From Malacoraja senta (lineage: Eukaryota), in contig CM075998.1 in the NCBI GenBank assembly GCA_038087875.1, forward strand, positions 5,706,001 through 5,770,000: a DNA stretch of 64,000 nucleotides, read 5' to 3'. The notes below the pieces were generated by a model. That model worked only from the letters and a program-made list of their open reading frames with translations, did not search any database and was not told the origin of the DNA. This document shows, in pieces, positions 11,856-25,005 of the stretch (positions within the stretch are counted from its first letter, which is position 1; every line of letters begins with the position of its first letter). The position numbers and the translations under genes were made by a program.

Positions 11856-14800
11856 ATAGAAAATAGGTGCAGGAGTAGGTCATTCGGCCCTTCGAGCCAG
11901 CACCGCCATTCAATATGATCATGGCTGATCATCCAAAATTAGTACCCATTCCGACATTTTCCCCATATCCCTTGATTCCCTTAGCCCTAAGAGCTAAATC
12001 TAACTCTCTCTTGAAAACATCCAGTGAATTGGCCTCCACTGCTTTTTGTGGCAAGAGAATTCCACAGATACACAACTCTCTGGGTGAAAAAGTTTTTCCT
12101 CATCTCAGTTTTTATTCTTAAACTGTGACCCCTGGTTCTGGACTCCCCCAACATCGGGAACATTTTTCCTGCATCTACCCTGTCCAATCCTGTAAGAATT
12201 TTATATGTTCTATTAGATTCTATTAGATCCCCTCTCATCCTTCTAAATTCCAGTGAATACAAGCCCAGTCGACCCATTCTTTCATCATACGTCAGTCCCG
12301 CCATCCCATTGCGAGAGGATTTGAGTTTAGGAGCAAGGAGATCCTACGAAAGCCATTAGCTTTCTTCACTGCCTGCTGTACCTGCATGCTTACTTTCAGT
12401 GACTGATGTACAAGCACACCCAGGTCTCTATGCACCTCCCCTTCTCCTAATCTGACACCATTCAGATCCTTCTTCAGGGTCTGAAGAAGGGTCTCGACCC
12501 AAAACATCACACATTCCTTCTCTCCAGAGATGCTGCATGTCCCACTGAGTTACTCCAGCATTTTGTGTCTACCTACCATTCAGACAATAATCTGCTTTCC
12601 TGTTCTTGCCATCAAAGCGGATAACCTCACATTTATCCACATTGTACTGCATCTGCCATGCTTCTGCCCACTCACCCAACCTATCCGCCACCCTGCAACC
12701 TCATAGCATCCTCCTCGCAGCTCACACTGCCACCCAGCTTTGTGTCATCTGCAAACTTAGAAATGTTACATTTAATTCCCTTGTCTAAATCGTTAATATA
12801 TAGTGTAAACAACTGGGGTCCCAGCACCAAGCCTTGCGGCACCCCACTAGTCGATGCCTGCCATTCTGAAAAGGACCCGTTAATTCCTACTCTTTGCTTC
12901 CTGTCTGCCAACCAGTTCTCTATCCATGCCAATACCCTACCCCCAATACCATGTGCTCTAATTTTGCCCACTAATCTCTAGTGTGGGACCTTGTCAAAGG
13001 CTTTTTGAAAGTCCAGATACTCTCTCTTATCCAGCTCTCTCTTATCCATTCTACTTGTTACATCCTCAACAAATTCCAAAAGACTAGCCAAGCATGATTT
13101 CCCCTTCATAAATCCATGCTGACTTTGACCGATCCTGTCACTGCTTTCCAAATGCCCTGCTATAACTTCTTTAATAATCGACTCCAGTATCTTCCCCACA
13201 ACCGATGGAAAGCTAACTGGTCTATAATTCCCCGTTTTCTCTCTCCCTCATTTCTTACAAAGTGGAGATCCATTGGCTACTCTCCAGTCCACAGGAAATG
13301 ACCCAGAGTCAAGAGAACATTGAAAAATGATCACCAATTCATCCACGATTTCTAGGGCCACCTCCTTGAATATTCTGGGATGTAGACCATCAGGCCCTGG
13401 GGATTCATCTGCCTTCAATCCCAACAGTTTACCCAACACCATTTTCTGAATAATGTGGATTCCCTTCAGTTCCTCCCTCCCGATAGACCCTCGGTCCCCT
13501 AGTATTTCTGGGAGATTGTTTGTGTCTTCCTTAGTGAAGACAGAACCAAAGTACTCGTTTAACTGTTCTGCCATTTCCTTGTTTCCCAATATAAATTCAT
13601 CTGTCTCTGACTGTAAGGGACCTACATTCGTCTTCACTATTCTTTTCCTTATTACATACCCAAAGAAACATTTACAGTCAGTTTTTATATTCCCCGCAAG
13701 CTTTCTTTCATGCTCTTCCCCCCCCCCCCCCTCTTAATTAACCCCTTTGTCCTCCTCTGTTGAGTTCTAAATTTCTCCCAGTCCTCTGGTTTGCCGCTTC
13801 TTCTGGCCAATTTATATGCCTCTTCCTTGGCTTTAACACTATCCTTGACTTCCCTCGTTAGCCACGGTTGAGCCGCCTTCCCAGTTTTATTTTTTCCCCA
13901 GACAGTTTCTGGAGTCTTTAAATCGTTGCCATTGCATCTCCATTGTCAACCCTTGAAGTATAATTTGCCAATCTATCCTAGCCAATTCCCGTCTCATACC
14001 TTCAAAGTCTCCTTTATTCAAGTGCAGGACCCTAGTCTCTGAATTAACAATGTCACTCTCCATCCTAATGCAGAATTCCACCATATTATGGTCACTGTTG
14101 CCCAAGGGGCCTTGCACAACAAACTCATCCTTCCTCATTACACACCCAGTCTAGGATAGCCTGCCCTCTAGTCGGTTCCTCTACATATTGGTTTAAAAAC
14201 CCATCCCGTATACATTCCAGGAAATCCTCCTCCCCAGCACTGTTACCAATTTGGTTGCCCCAATCTAAACGTATATTAAAGTCACCTATGATAACCGCTG
14301 TACCTGTGCTACACGCATCCCTAATTTCCTGCTTGATGCTATCCCCAACCTCCCTACTGCTGCTTGGTGGTCTGTATTCAGTATTCAGTATTCAGTTCAG
14401 TATTTCTTTAATATCATTTCACTGAGTACTCGCATACACAGAGGAAACGAAAAAACGTTGCTCAATCGGTTTCCATTCAGTGTAAAAAACAAAAGGATAA
14501 TACATAGAGCTTTAAAAACAAATTAAAATTACCATTCTTAAAAAAAAAGGTCTGCATACAACTCCAACAAGCGTTTTCTGCCCTTGGCTATTTAGCAATT
14601 CGACCCATACCGATTCTACAGCATCAAAGCTAATGTCTCTCCTTGCTATTGCATTAATCTCCTCTTTAACCAGCAATGCCACCCCACCTCCTCTTCCTTT
14701 CTGTCTACCCTTCCTGAATATCAAATACCCCTGCATGTTCAGCTCCCAACCTTGGTCATCTAGGAGCCATGTCTCCGTAATTCCAACTATATCATATCCC

Positions 14801-15222
14801 TTAATTACTAACTGCGCAGTCAATTCATCCACCTTATTATGAATGCTCCTCGCATTAAGGCACAAAGCTTTCAGGTTAGTTTCTCTTATCTCCCTTCTAC
14901 CTTTTGCTTCTGTCATCTTTTTATGGCCCTCTGTCTCCCTGCATTGGGTCCCATCCCCCTGCCCTGTTAGTTTAAACGTGACCTTTCCTGCACTCTCTTT
15001 CCCGTTAGCTGCACGGATACGCGTCCACGTTGTTGACTCCATCCCCCCCACTATTTGTTAATTTGTGTTTATTGTGTGTTTATTATATGTATGACTGCAG
15101 GCAACGAAATTTCGTTCAGACCGAAAGGTCTGAATGACAAATAAAGGAATCTCTGATCTCTATTTAGTTTAAACCCACCCATGTAGCACTAGCAAACCTG
15201 CCTGCTAGAATGTCAGCCCCCT
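11856..15222 (-). mobile_element. Long rearranged CR1 LINE (APE endonuclease and RT fragments) with small nested inserts
   Basis: ORFs LCLNARSIHNKVDEL..IVGITETWL (APE), LGNSDHN, SPGPDGLHP, QHGFMKGKSC and SGVPQGLVLGP. Nested inserts at about 12465-12575, about 14377-14548, and 15057-15160 (TSD CTATTT). Confidence 0.9.
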
Positions 15223-16979
15223 TCAACAATAAAGGGAACATTTCAGAGATCTCTAGAATTATGACTTTTTTGATATGAATAAGAATAAACAATTCTCCAT
15301 GTTGAATCAGCATTGAGAGATAGTCAATTTTAAAAGGGTCACTATAGAATGAAAGGAGATATGTGAGAAATTTATTTCAAAGGTTGTACCAGGGTAGTAG
15401 TTGAAGCAGAGACCAACAAATCTTTTAAACGCTTGATGCAAAAGAAGTTATGGATGGGGGAAGGGCAGCTTCGGATAAATATAGTGGCCTAAATAGATAC
15501 AAATGCTGGAGTAACTCAGCGGGTCAGGCAGCATCTCTGGAGAGAAGGAATGGATGGCGCTTCTGGTCGAGACCCTTCAGACCCAGACCCAGAATACGAC
15601 CCGAAACATCATTCATTCCTTCTCTCCGGAGATGCTACCTGTCCTGTGTCCATTTTGTGTCCATGTTTGATGTAAACCAGCATCTGCAGTTCCTGTGTCC
15701 CAGTGGGTTAAATTGTTGCTGTAAACCTCTAAAAAGGTGGAACAATACTTGGTGATGGATAACATGCAAGATGGATAAGAGACAAAAAGTTGGAGCAACT
15801 CAGCAGGTCACACAACATCTCTGGAGAAAAGGAGAAAATAATATGCAGGGTTTGAGTTTCACCTTGGAGTCAAGCAGAGAGCTGGGGAAACATGGTCTAC
15901 CATGATCCACTTCTGACTGCAGCAGATATGACCCCATCGATCCTACCATTAGAAAGATCAGGTGCACTAAAACAAGGCTATAATCTTGCCAGATCACTGA
16001 GCACTCAGGCAGCTTGTAGATGTTAATTGGAACCCATAGACACAGTGGTTTTAAGTTAAAACTTTTAACAAACCTGGATAATCAATCCAAAGTCATTTAA
16101 AAACTGAAAAAGAATTTCAAATCAGTTAAAAAGACCTTACAAAAAAAGCTAACAATCAAAAGTCATTAATGCAGGTCAATGACACAAGTACACAGCAAAC
16201 GTTGTTCAACTGAGGTACACAAAAATGCTGGAGAAACTCAGCGGGTGCAGCAGCATCTATGGAGCGAAGGAAATAGGCAACATTTTGGGCCGAAACCCTT
16301 CTTCAGACTGGTTTGTTCAACTGAGGAGGGCCTGAAACTTTTTTGGTATTTTCCATGTTGTAACAAGTAATCCCAAGGAAATTTGGATCGGAATTTGCAC
16401 TTGTAAAATCTAATGGAACCACACTGTTACTCCTACAATATTGTATTACTTGTTCTTGTGCCACATACAGTTCAAAGCACAAATTGGATTCATCAGCAAA
16501 CATGTTCACAGAAACCAAATTAACCATTGATGTCATGATCATCTTCAAATTTATTGGACAAACAAAATACAATAAAATATTCCAATTACGTCAAGACGTT
16601 AAAAAAAACACCATACAGTTTGAAGAGTAGAAAGAAGATAGACACAAAAAGCTGGAGTAACTCAACAGGACAGGCAATTGATAATATAGTATTTTTAGTA
16701 TAATAAAATAGTGGCTATTTATCTCCAAAATTCTCTACGAGACTTATGATGGGTTGCCCAAGATATAGTTTTGGCTTCAAAATACTTTTGAATATCCCAA
16801 GTAAATAAAAGGAGTAATGCAGATAGAATTTAGATATTATTTTATTTCTCTGTACCTACACCAAGAATGAAAAGTTAATTTGGTATACTGGCCAATATGT
16901 CACCCTTACCACCAGAAACAGACTAACCGCTGAATCACTCATTTGTTATGTGCAATCTCATTAGGTCTTATATTTGCAA

Positions 16980-17308
16980 GGGCAGCACAGTGGCGCAGCA
17001 AGTAGAGCTGCTTCCTCACAGCACTGGAGACCCGGATTCGATCCTGACCTCAGGTGCTGTCTGTGTGTGGTTAGCATGTTCTCCTGTGATCGTGTGGGTT
17101 TCCTCCAAGTACTCTGGTTTCCTACCAAATCTGAAAAATGTGTACATTTGTAGATTAATTGGTTGCTGTAAAAACTACCCTTAATGTGTAGGGAATGAAG
17201 TGGGATAACAAAGAACTAGTGTGAACAGGTGATCCGTGTAGACTTAGTACACCGAGTCCATGTACTAAGGATACTACATGTTTCCATGTAGTATCCTTAA
17301 ACTAAACC
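16980..17308 (+). mobile_element. HE1-type SINE with a rearranged tail
   Basis: Head GGGCAGCACAGTGGCGCAGCAAGTAGAGC...GGATTCGATCC. Tail ends CTAAACC. Confidence 0.8.
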
Positions 17309-18333
17309 TAGGTATGTTACAATACTTACCTTCAGTCGCGCTACAATTCTGCCACTGGCCTTGTGCGCGATTTTGGCGCCTTTAAGGGGGGGGGGGCTTA
17401 AAACGCGGGTTTCTCCTACCTTGTCCTGAATTATATTTCATTGGAGTACAAGCGTTTGCTGAAAAATCGTTCCTAGGGGCGTTTTGTGAATTCTTTATTT
17501 TTATTAAATCGACAATGTCAGCGCTGGAGTTGTTTTAAAATCAGCTCCTGAAGCCGTCAACGCCGATAACGGGGACGGATTTCACACACGGGACAGGTAA
17601 ACGAAAGTGGTTTATTTAAATGTATAAAAGTGCTTCTTAAGAAGCCTTTAATTCACATTTTTTCATGCGAAACGGTGATTTTATTCCCCGAACTAACGGC
17701 AGAATTTTTCATGCCAATACGGGGTTAAATTCACCGCAAATGAACGTTCCAATTGATCGCGTTCCAGAAATCCTCACTCACAAGATGATTTAAATGCCCA
17801 TTAATTTACAGGTATTAAACATTCAATTCCTTCCATTTGGCCTGTAAATTCATGACAATGAGATTTAAAAATTATGTTATATTGTGAATTCTTGTGTGAA
17901 TGTTATTTGGACACTTAGGCTATTTAAAAATGTTAATCTATTCTTAAGAAATTGATAGATGTTTAGGTCTAGTAATTGAATTTTGTAGGTAACTAACTAA
18001 TTATATGCTTTAATTTCATGTCTTCTAAGTAAGATTGTTTCATATTTGTTTCAGAATGCTTCAATCTATAATAACTGAAAATTTCTTTCAGTTCTCTTAA
18101 TTTTTAAGAAAGTTATGGGCTTTTAACTGTCCTCGATCACAGCTTTTGTGTTAAGTCAATGGAAAGCAATAGGGAACAAGATGCTAATTTCCGAGTATGA
18201 AAATGGCCATAACTTTTTTAATACTGAAGATATGAAAGTGAATTAGGTGTCAAATTAAACTTCTTTTTATGCTTTATCTGATGGGATGAATTGCACTTTA
18301 TTTTTAAAATCTCAAAATTTTGTAACATTGCTA
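17309..18333. mobile_element. Non-autonomous TIR DNA transposon, copy 1 (TAG...CTA ends, 7-bp TSD, hAT-like)
   Basis: TIR TAGGTATGTTACAA / TTGTAACATTGCTA. TSD CTAAACC at 17302-17308 and 18334-18340. Confidence 0.85.
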
Positions 18334-18763
18334 CTAAACCAAAGCAATTACTTAATGGACTGCAAGACTCTTCAGCCCACCCTGAAATAAAGAAAACAAC
18401 CTATAAGTGTAGAAGAAAAAACGTGCTGGAGTAACCTCTGGAGAACCTACGTGCAAACTATTTTCTTTGAGACAAACATGGGGGTAACAATTTTGCTGTT
18501 TCCATAGATCAAGCACAACAAAATTTAAATTGTACACTCATTTGATGTTATACGTGTTAGCTGGTTTGTGTCATGTAGGAAGGAACTGCAGAAGCTGGTA
18601 TAAACAGAAGATAGACACAACATGCTGGAGTTACTCAGCGGGTCAGGCAGCATCTCTGGAGAAATTTCTAATTTTCATTGACCCGCAGAGTTACTCCAGC
18701 TTTTTGTGTCTTTCTTTAGGTTAAGGTTGTTGACAAATGTCAGCAACTAAAATGTGACAAATG

Positions 18764-19804
18764 TAGGTATGTTACAAAACTTACCTTCAGTCGCGCTGTA
18801 ATTCTGCCACTGGCCGTGTGCGCGATTTTGGCGCCTTTAAGGGGGGGGCGGGGTTAAAACGCGGTTTATCCTCCCCTGTCCTGGAAATATTTTGTTGGAG
18901 TACAAAACTTCGCTGACAAAATCGTTCCTACCGGCTTTTTGGGATTTTTTTTTTTAAATTAAATCGTCAATGTCAGCGCTACAGTCATTTTAAAAGCAGC
19001 TCCTGAAGCGTCAACGCCAATAACGGGGACGGATTTCACACAATGGACAGGTAAACAAAAGTGCTTTCTTTAAATGTATAAAAGTGCTTCTTAAGAAGCC
19101 TTTAATTCACATTTTTTCATGCGACACGGTGATTTTATTCCCCGAATTAACGGCAGTATTTTTCATGCCAATACGGGGTTAAATTCACCGCAAATGAACG
19201 TTCCAAAAGATCGCGTTCCAGAAATTCTCACTCGCAAGATGAATTAAATGCCCATTAATTTACAGGTATTAAACATTCAATTCCTTCCATTTGGCCTGTA
19301 AATTCATGAAAATTAGATTTAAAAATTATGTTATATTGTGAATTATTGTGTGAATGTTATTTGGACACTTAGGCTATTTAAAAATGTTAATCTATTCTTA
19401 AGAAATTGATAGATGTTTAGATCTAGTAATTGAATTTTGTAATTAGCTACAATTAGGTAACTAACTAATTATATGCTTTACTTTCATGTCTTCGAAGTAA
19501 GATTGTTTCATATTTGTTTCAGAGTGCTTCAATCTATAATACCTGAAAATTTCTTTCAGTTACCATAATTTTTAAGAAAGTTATGGGCTTTTAACTGTCC
19601 TCGATCACAGCTTTTGTGTTAAGTCAATGGAAAAGCAATACGGAACTAGATGCTAATTTCTGAGTATGATAATGGCCATAACTTTTTTAATACTGAAGAT
19701 ATGAAAGTGAATTAAGTGTCAAATTAAACTTCTTTTTATGCTTTATCTGATGGGATAAATTGCAGACTTTATTTTTTAAATCTCAAAATTTTGTAACATT
19801 GCTA
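18764..19804. mobile_element. Same TIR element, copy 2
   Basis: Colinear and highly similar to copy 1. Has its own TSD, ACAAATG, at 18757-18763 and 19805-19811. Confidence 0.85.
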
Positions 19805-19929
19805 ACAAATGCAAGTTCGCCAAGGTGCAGTGTGATAGAATTTAACTCAATGTCCCCTCTCCAATGCAGCAACACGTCCTTTATGGTGTTTCTCATATTT
19901 TTAACAAAATAAATATAATCTGGGGACTA

Positions 19930-20320
19930 TAGCGGACAGAGGAATGCACCAATCAGGAAGAGTTACACTCCCTATGTGGGCCCACCCTCTAGTTATTTGG
20001 ACCAATCAGCGAGCGCACACGCCCGTCTCCATGGAGATATGGGCCTGCGCGGCAGGCAGGTTCGCGGCAGGCAATGTTCGCGTCTGGACGCCTCCCCGTT
20101 TTGAGGGCGAAATAAAAAGGTTTGCACCCACCTTGCAGTTCTTTGCGTTCATTTTGCTTGGCTTGATGGTCTTTGAGCAAACGGGATAACATGGTGCAGG
20201 GTAGCTGCGTGGAGAGGGCCGCCGCTCCGCCTCGCACTGCAGCCCGTCTTCCGTGTGGCGACGGAGAGCAGCGTCACGTGAGCAGCGCCCTGTGCAGGCA
20301 GCCTCTCGCCAGTACAGTTA
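19930..20320. promoter_or_regulatory. CpG-rich promoter region of BLOC1S1
   Basis: CpG-dense unique sequence with GTCACGTGAG (E-box/CLEAR-like) at 20273-20282, an ETS-like CTTCCG at 20248-20253, and two CCAATCAG boxes near 19948 and 20002. Confidence 0.7.
20132..20192 (-). CDS. BLOC1S1: BLOC1S1 (BLOC-1/BORC subunit 1, GCN5L1), first coding exon
   Basis: ACC-ATG then MLSRLLKDHQAKQNERKELQ plus G, followed by donor GTGGGT. Nearly identical to vertebrate MLSRLLKEHQAKQNERKELQE and lies in a CpG-rich island. Later exons were not found in the window. Confidence 0.93.
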
Positions 20321-21589
20321 ACAGGTTGTGCATGACAAAACAAATAACAGAATATTGCAAACAAGTTAACAGGCCAGGCACCATTTAAGGAGAGAGGAAA
20401 ACAGTTAGCCTTTCAGGAAACTTTGATCTCTGTAACTTCAAATAACCCTTGTGTAGGAAGCAACTGCAGATGCTGGTTTACACCGAAGATAGACACAAAT
20501 GCGGGTCCGGCAACATCTCTGGAGGAATGAGTGAAGATGGGTCTCGACCTGACCTGAGTTACTCCAGCTTTTTGTGTCTATCTTCAAGTAACCCTTGCCT
20601 TCCCTTGAAGATGAACATAAAGTTCTGGAGTAACTCAGCGGGTCAGGCAGCATTAAAGATCATATCCGCTCTCTGATCTTTGGGCAGCATCTCTGGAGAA
20701 CATGGATTGGTGACGTTTCGGGTCAAGACCCTTCTTCAGACATTGCTTTCCCTCTCTCTCCATCCCATCCCCCACCCTAGTTCTCTGACTAGTTTCACTG
20801 CCCTGATTAATTTTACTGATTGTATGCCTTCTTGTCACCATCCCCTCTGCCAACAATGAAACATTTTAGATTTGCCTTGATCAACGTCTACTTTGATCTG
20901 TCGTTTTCACACCTTACCCTTCCATATCTCCATGTCTCCCTCTCCCCTGAACGCCACCCATTCATTCTCTCCAGAGATGCTGCCTGACCTGCTGAGTTAC
21001 TCCAGCATTTTGTGTCTAACCTTTCAGGTCCCTGGCTTTTCTTCACACTTGTGATAATTCATTGAATTATCAAAAGGTACTTAAATCTGTAAAATATTTA
21101 AGGACATAACAATTTTGCAATATTTTACTTTTCATGTAAGTACCCAAGATTATTTTGCTTGCAGCTCTCTGCCTTTTTTTTAAAAACATAGGTGTTACCT
21201 CTGAGTGGATATTGGTTGCCTTTTACATCAAATGATCAAAAGTTCATAAGACATAGTAGCAGAATTAGGCCACTCAGCACATCAAGTCTGCTCCTCCATT
21301 CGATCATGGCCGATCTATTTTTCGCTATCACACCTGTTCTCCTGCCTTCTCCCTGTAACCTTTGGTGCCCTTACTAATCAAGAAACTAGCAATCTCTGCT
21401 TTAAAAATACCCATTGGAAATGATCATTGGAAATGTTTGTCTAAAATTAATACCATTTTTGGGGATTTTAAAGTTGCACCCAATTCTTCTCTACCGAGCA
21501 CTCTGTAGTCTATCAGGGAGTAATCTTACTTTCGGGTTTCATCATTTTCTTCGAGATCAGTGCCTTGGAGTCCATATACTGCAACCAGT

Positions 21590-22290
21590 GCTGTAGCTAA
21601 GACTACCAATGGTTGCTGGGGGTGAAAAATATTGGGCTGCCAGTATTTATTCTTGTGAGAAGGGCACAGTTCCATGGCCACTCCCTTTCTCATTGGCACT
21701 TTCCAATTCAACTATGGCAGATGCAACACCTATCCTTTTACTGGGACTGTCTACCTATCCTTTTACCCTGTCCCTTCTCACTATCCAGAACACCCAACCA
21801 TTCTTCCAGGTGCAACAACAATTTAGTTACAGTCCTTTCAACTTGGTGTATTGTATTTGGTGCTCACATTTCTTCTACATTGGAGAAGCCAAATGCATAT
21901 TGAGTGACTGCTTTGTAGAATGCCTCTGTTCCATCCACATTGGCTATGTGGAGCTTCTGTTGCTTAAATTTTCCATCTCCATGCCATTCCCATTCTAATC
22001 CCCCTGTCTTTGGCCCCTTGTCTCTTACACTGCTCCAATGAAGCCCAACATAAGCTCAAGGAACAGTACTTCATCTTCTACGTGTGTACATTGTAGCCAT
22101 TGGCATTTGATCTGGAACTCAATGATTGCAGATAACCAACCTTTCCTATTTGTATCAGAACTAATGAATGGTTAACAACCTGAAATGCCAATGCTCTTAC
22201 CACACGTGCTGCTTGACCTGCTGCATATTTATAGCAGTACTGCTCTTATTTCAGATTTCCAGCAGCAACAGTTTTTTTTGCTTCTCAGCC
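21590..22290 (+). mobile_element. Old Penelope-like element, GIY-YIG remnant
   Basis: FQVQQQFSYSPFNLVYCIWCS..FYIGEAKCILSDCF resembles the Penelope GIY-YIG N-terminus and is followed by a decayed terminal motif. Confidence 0.65.
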
Positions 22291-22594
22291 ACATCCCTGG
22301 ATTTGATCTGAGAATGGTAGTGCACCAAGTGTATTGGAAAAAAAACAATAGTTACTAAGGTAAAACGTAACTTTCCACATCTGTTATTTAATGAAATGAT
22401 TTAAATGTTTTGTAAAAGTACATACATGTTTAAGTATTTAAGCTGTTTCCCCAAACCCTCCCTACCAGAAATTAATATGCTTATTGACTTTTGTGAATTA
22501 CCACAATTAATAAAAGTAAACATTATCGTTACACAATTTTGTCAGCCTTGCCTGCAAATACGATACAGATTTTTTTGAAGGATAGAGGATACAA

Positions 22595-23460
22595 AGAACT
22601 GCAGATGCTGGTTTACAATAAATGGCACAAAGTGCTGAAGTAATTCAGCAGATCAGGCAGCATCTCAGGAGAACATGGAGAGGTGACGTTTAGGGTCAGG
22701 CGCCTTCTTCAAACTGATTGGGGTGGGGCGGGGGGGAGGGGAGAAAGCTGGAAGCGAGGTGAGGCCAGTGGCAGGGGAGAAATGGGTGAGAGTCCTGGTG
22801 GGGCACAGGGAATGGAGGGGGGGTGGTGAAGAGGGGAAAAAGGGCTGAGGGGTTTGTTTGTAGGTTAGTTACCTAAAATTGGAGAATTCAATGTTCATAC
22901 TGTTAGGTGTAAGCTTCCCAAGCAGAATATGAGATACTATTCCTCCAGTTTGCGTATGGCCTCACTCTGGCAATGGTGGAGGCCCAAGACAGAAAGGTCG
23001 GTATGCGAATTGGAAGGGGAGTTAAAATAGTTAGCAACCGGGAGATCCAGCAGGCTCTCAGCAGACCGTGAGTAAGTGTCCAGGGAATCAGTTGCCGAGT
23101 CAATGGTTGGTCTCGCCGATGTAAAGGACGCCACATCAGGAACACCAAATGTAGTCGATGAGGTTAGGAGGCTGGTGGGGTGAAAGGTAAGGACCAGGGT
23201 TCTTGTTCTATCTGGGGGGAGCGAGAGCAGAACTACGGGTCACAGAGGATACATGGTTGAGGGATCCATGTACGACAGCAGGATGGAAACCACGTTTACT
23301 AAAGAAAGAGAACATCTCAGATGTCGTAGAATGAAAAGACTCATCTTAGGAGCAGATGCGGCAGAGACAGGGAAATTGAGAGTAGGGGATAGCATCTTTG
23401 CAAGAGGCAGGGTGGAGGAAGTGTAGTACAGATTAATGTGGGAGTCGGTAGATTGCAGAG
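22595..23460 (-). mobile_element. Penelope-like element 3' part
   Basis: DLPVANYFNSPSNSHTDLSVLGLHHCQSEAIRKLEE (GIY-YIG C-terminus), adjoining the terminal motif. Confidence 0.8.
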
Positions 23461-23479
23461 GATGTTCGATGTGAGAAGG

Positions 23480-24050
23480 GGACAGTGGATCATGTTGAAT
23501 GGTTTCTGGAGCAAACTAGCAAAGTCATTTAACAGAATGGCCATAGTCTCACTCCCACTGAGGTGTTTGCAGTACATATGAGATAGTGGACCGTGTGTTT
23601 GCCAAGAAGGTCTGTGGAAAGGGATGTGGTAGTCTTTGTCAAGCAGATGTACAAGAGGACTTTGTGCTTCATGGCCATTTCCAGGGATGCAAACACCATC
23701 TGCTGCTGGTCGATCATCGACTCAGTTAAAAGCGTACCTTGGCGCAAAAGTTAGGTCTCGCAGTTCAAGTAGATGTCTTCCGGTAAGTGCTGCTGGCTGG
23801 CACCTTGCACGGTGCAGTATGTCCCGAGTAACATCCTGAGGCTCAGTGTACCCACTGCAGAGGCTTTGTGGAGATAGACCACAATGTAAGGACCTCCTGC
23901 CTCTGAACACTGAGTGGCTATACCCTGTTTAATAAGCTCTCAAATTTAATGCAAATGGAACGTTTGAGACTGAAATATTAATGACTTGCTGTCACATTGT
24001 AAATGTAATTATATGCATGAAAAGTGAATAAAGACAATGCAATGTGACAT
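23480..24050 (+). mobile_element. Decayed Tx1/L1-like LINE 3' end
   Basis: Decayed CCWSIIDSVK..W and CWLA..V..LRL coding, then an AT-rich tail with AATAAA. Confidence 0.5.
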
Positions 24051-24225
24051 TATATAACTATTTTAAGAATAAGTACAATTTGGGGGAAACGATACTAAGT
24101 ACATGAGGGAAAGTCAAGTTAGCAGTGCTTTCGCAGATGCCTCCCAGGAGGCTGCAAGTGGCAGTCGCCTCCCTTTCCTTGTATGTGTACATACTTGGGC
24201 AATAAATTGATTCTGATTCTGAAGA

Positions 24226-24620
24226 TGCCGGGGGAGCGGATCCCCGCGGCTGGGTTCTGGGTCGATGCTGCGGAGGCGCTTCGGAGTGGACCCAGCGGCG
24301 GTCAACGAGGAGGTCGGGTCGGCGGTCGTTGAGGGTGCCGGCGGTCAAGTTCGGCGGTAGAGGTCGGCGGTCATTGAGGGCGCAGCGGTCGAGGACGGGC
24401 AACGTGGGTGCCGGAGTACGGACGTGCCACCAAGAACAAAGGAGGACCCGCCGTGGGGAAACCGCCCTGAGGGAGAACCGCCGTGAGGGGGGAGGGAGAA
24501 CAAAGCAGGGCCTGGCGTGGGATACTTTGTAACTTTGTCGACGCCCTTTATGTGGCATCTCTTTGCATACCTTGGGTATGCAAAACAAAGAATATCATCG
24601 TGACTTGTCATTCATCATTC
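24226..24620 (+). mobile_element. GC-rich SINE-like element (related copy on the minus strand at about 27450-27820)
   Basis: GGTCGGCGGTC subrepeats. The tail TTTGTAACTTTGT..CATACCTTGGGTA(T/C)GC..GTGACTTGTCA is shared with the 27450-27820 copy. Confidence 0.6.
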
Positions 24621-24720
24621 ATTCATTTCCTGAATTTTTTAAACCAAATCTGAGATTAGCTGTAATAGTGGGAAGAACTGTACCTAGATACACGTGACAA
24701 TAAAATATCATTGAATTGAT

Positions 24721-25005
24721 TTTAGACTTTACTTTAGAGCTATAGTGTGGATACAGGCCTTTCAGCCCACAGAGTCCATGCCGACCAGCGATCACCTCGT
24801 ACATTAGCACTATCTTACATACTCGGGACAATTCTACCAAAGCCAGTTAACCTACAAACCCACACGTCTTTGAGTGTGGGAGGAAACCAGAAAAACACGC
24901 AGTCACAGGGAGATCGTACAAACTCCGTACAGATAGCACCCGTAGCCAAGATCGAACCTAGGTCTCTGGTGCTGTAAGACAGCAACTGTACCGCTGTGCT
25001 GCCCC
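24721..25005 (-). mobile_element. HE1-type SINE
   Basis: Reverse complement of the HE1 head, body and tail. Confidence 0.8.

Noticed and set aside
19989..20237. 82-aa ORF as a single-exon or N-terminally extended BLOC1S1
   Set aside because: It starts at GTG, and similarity ends exactly at the GT donor (20131). The remainder is intron read-through.
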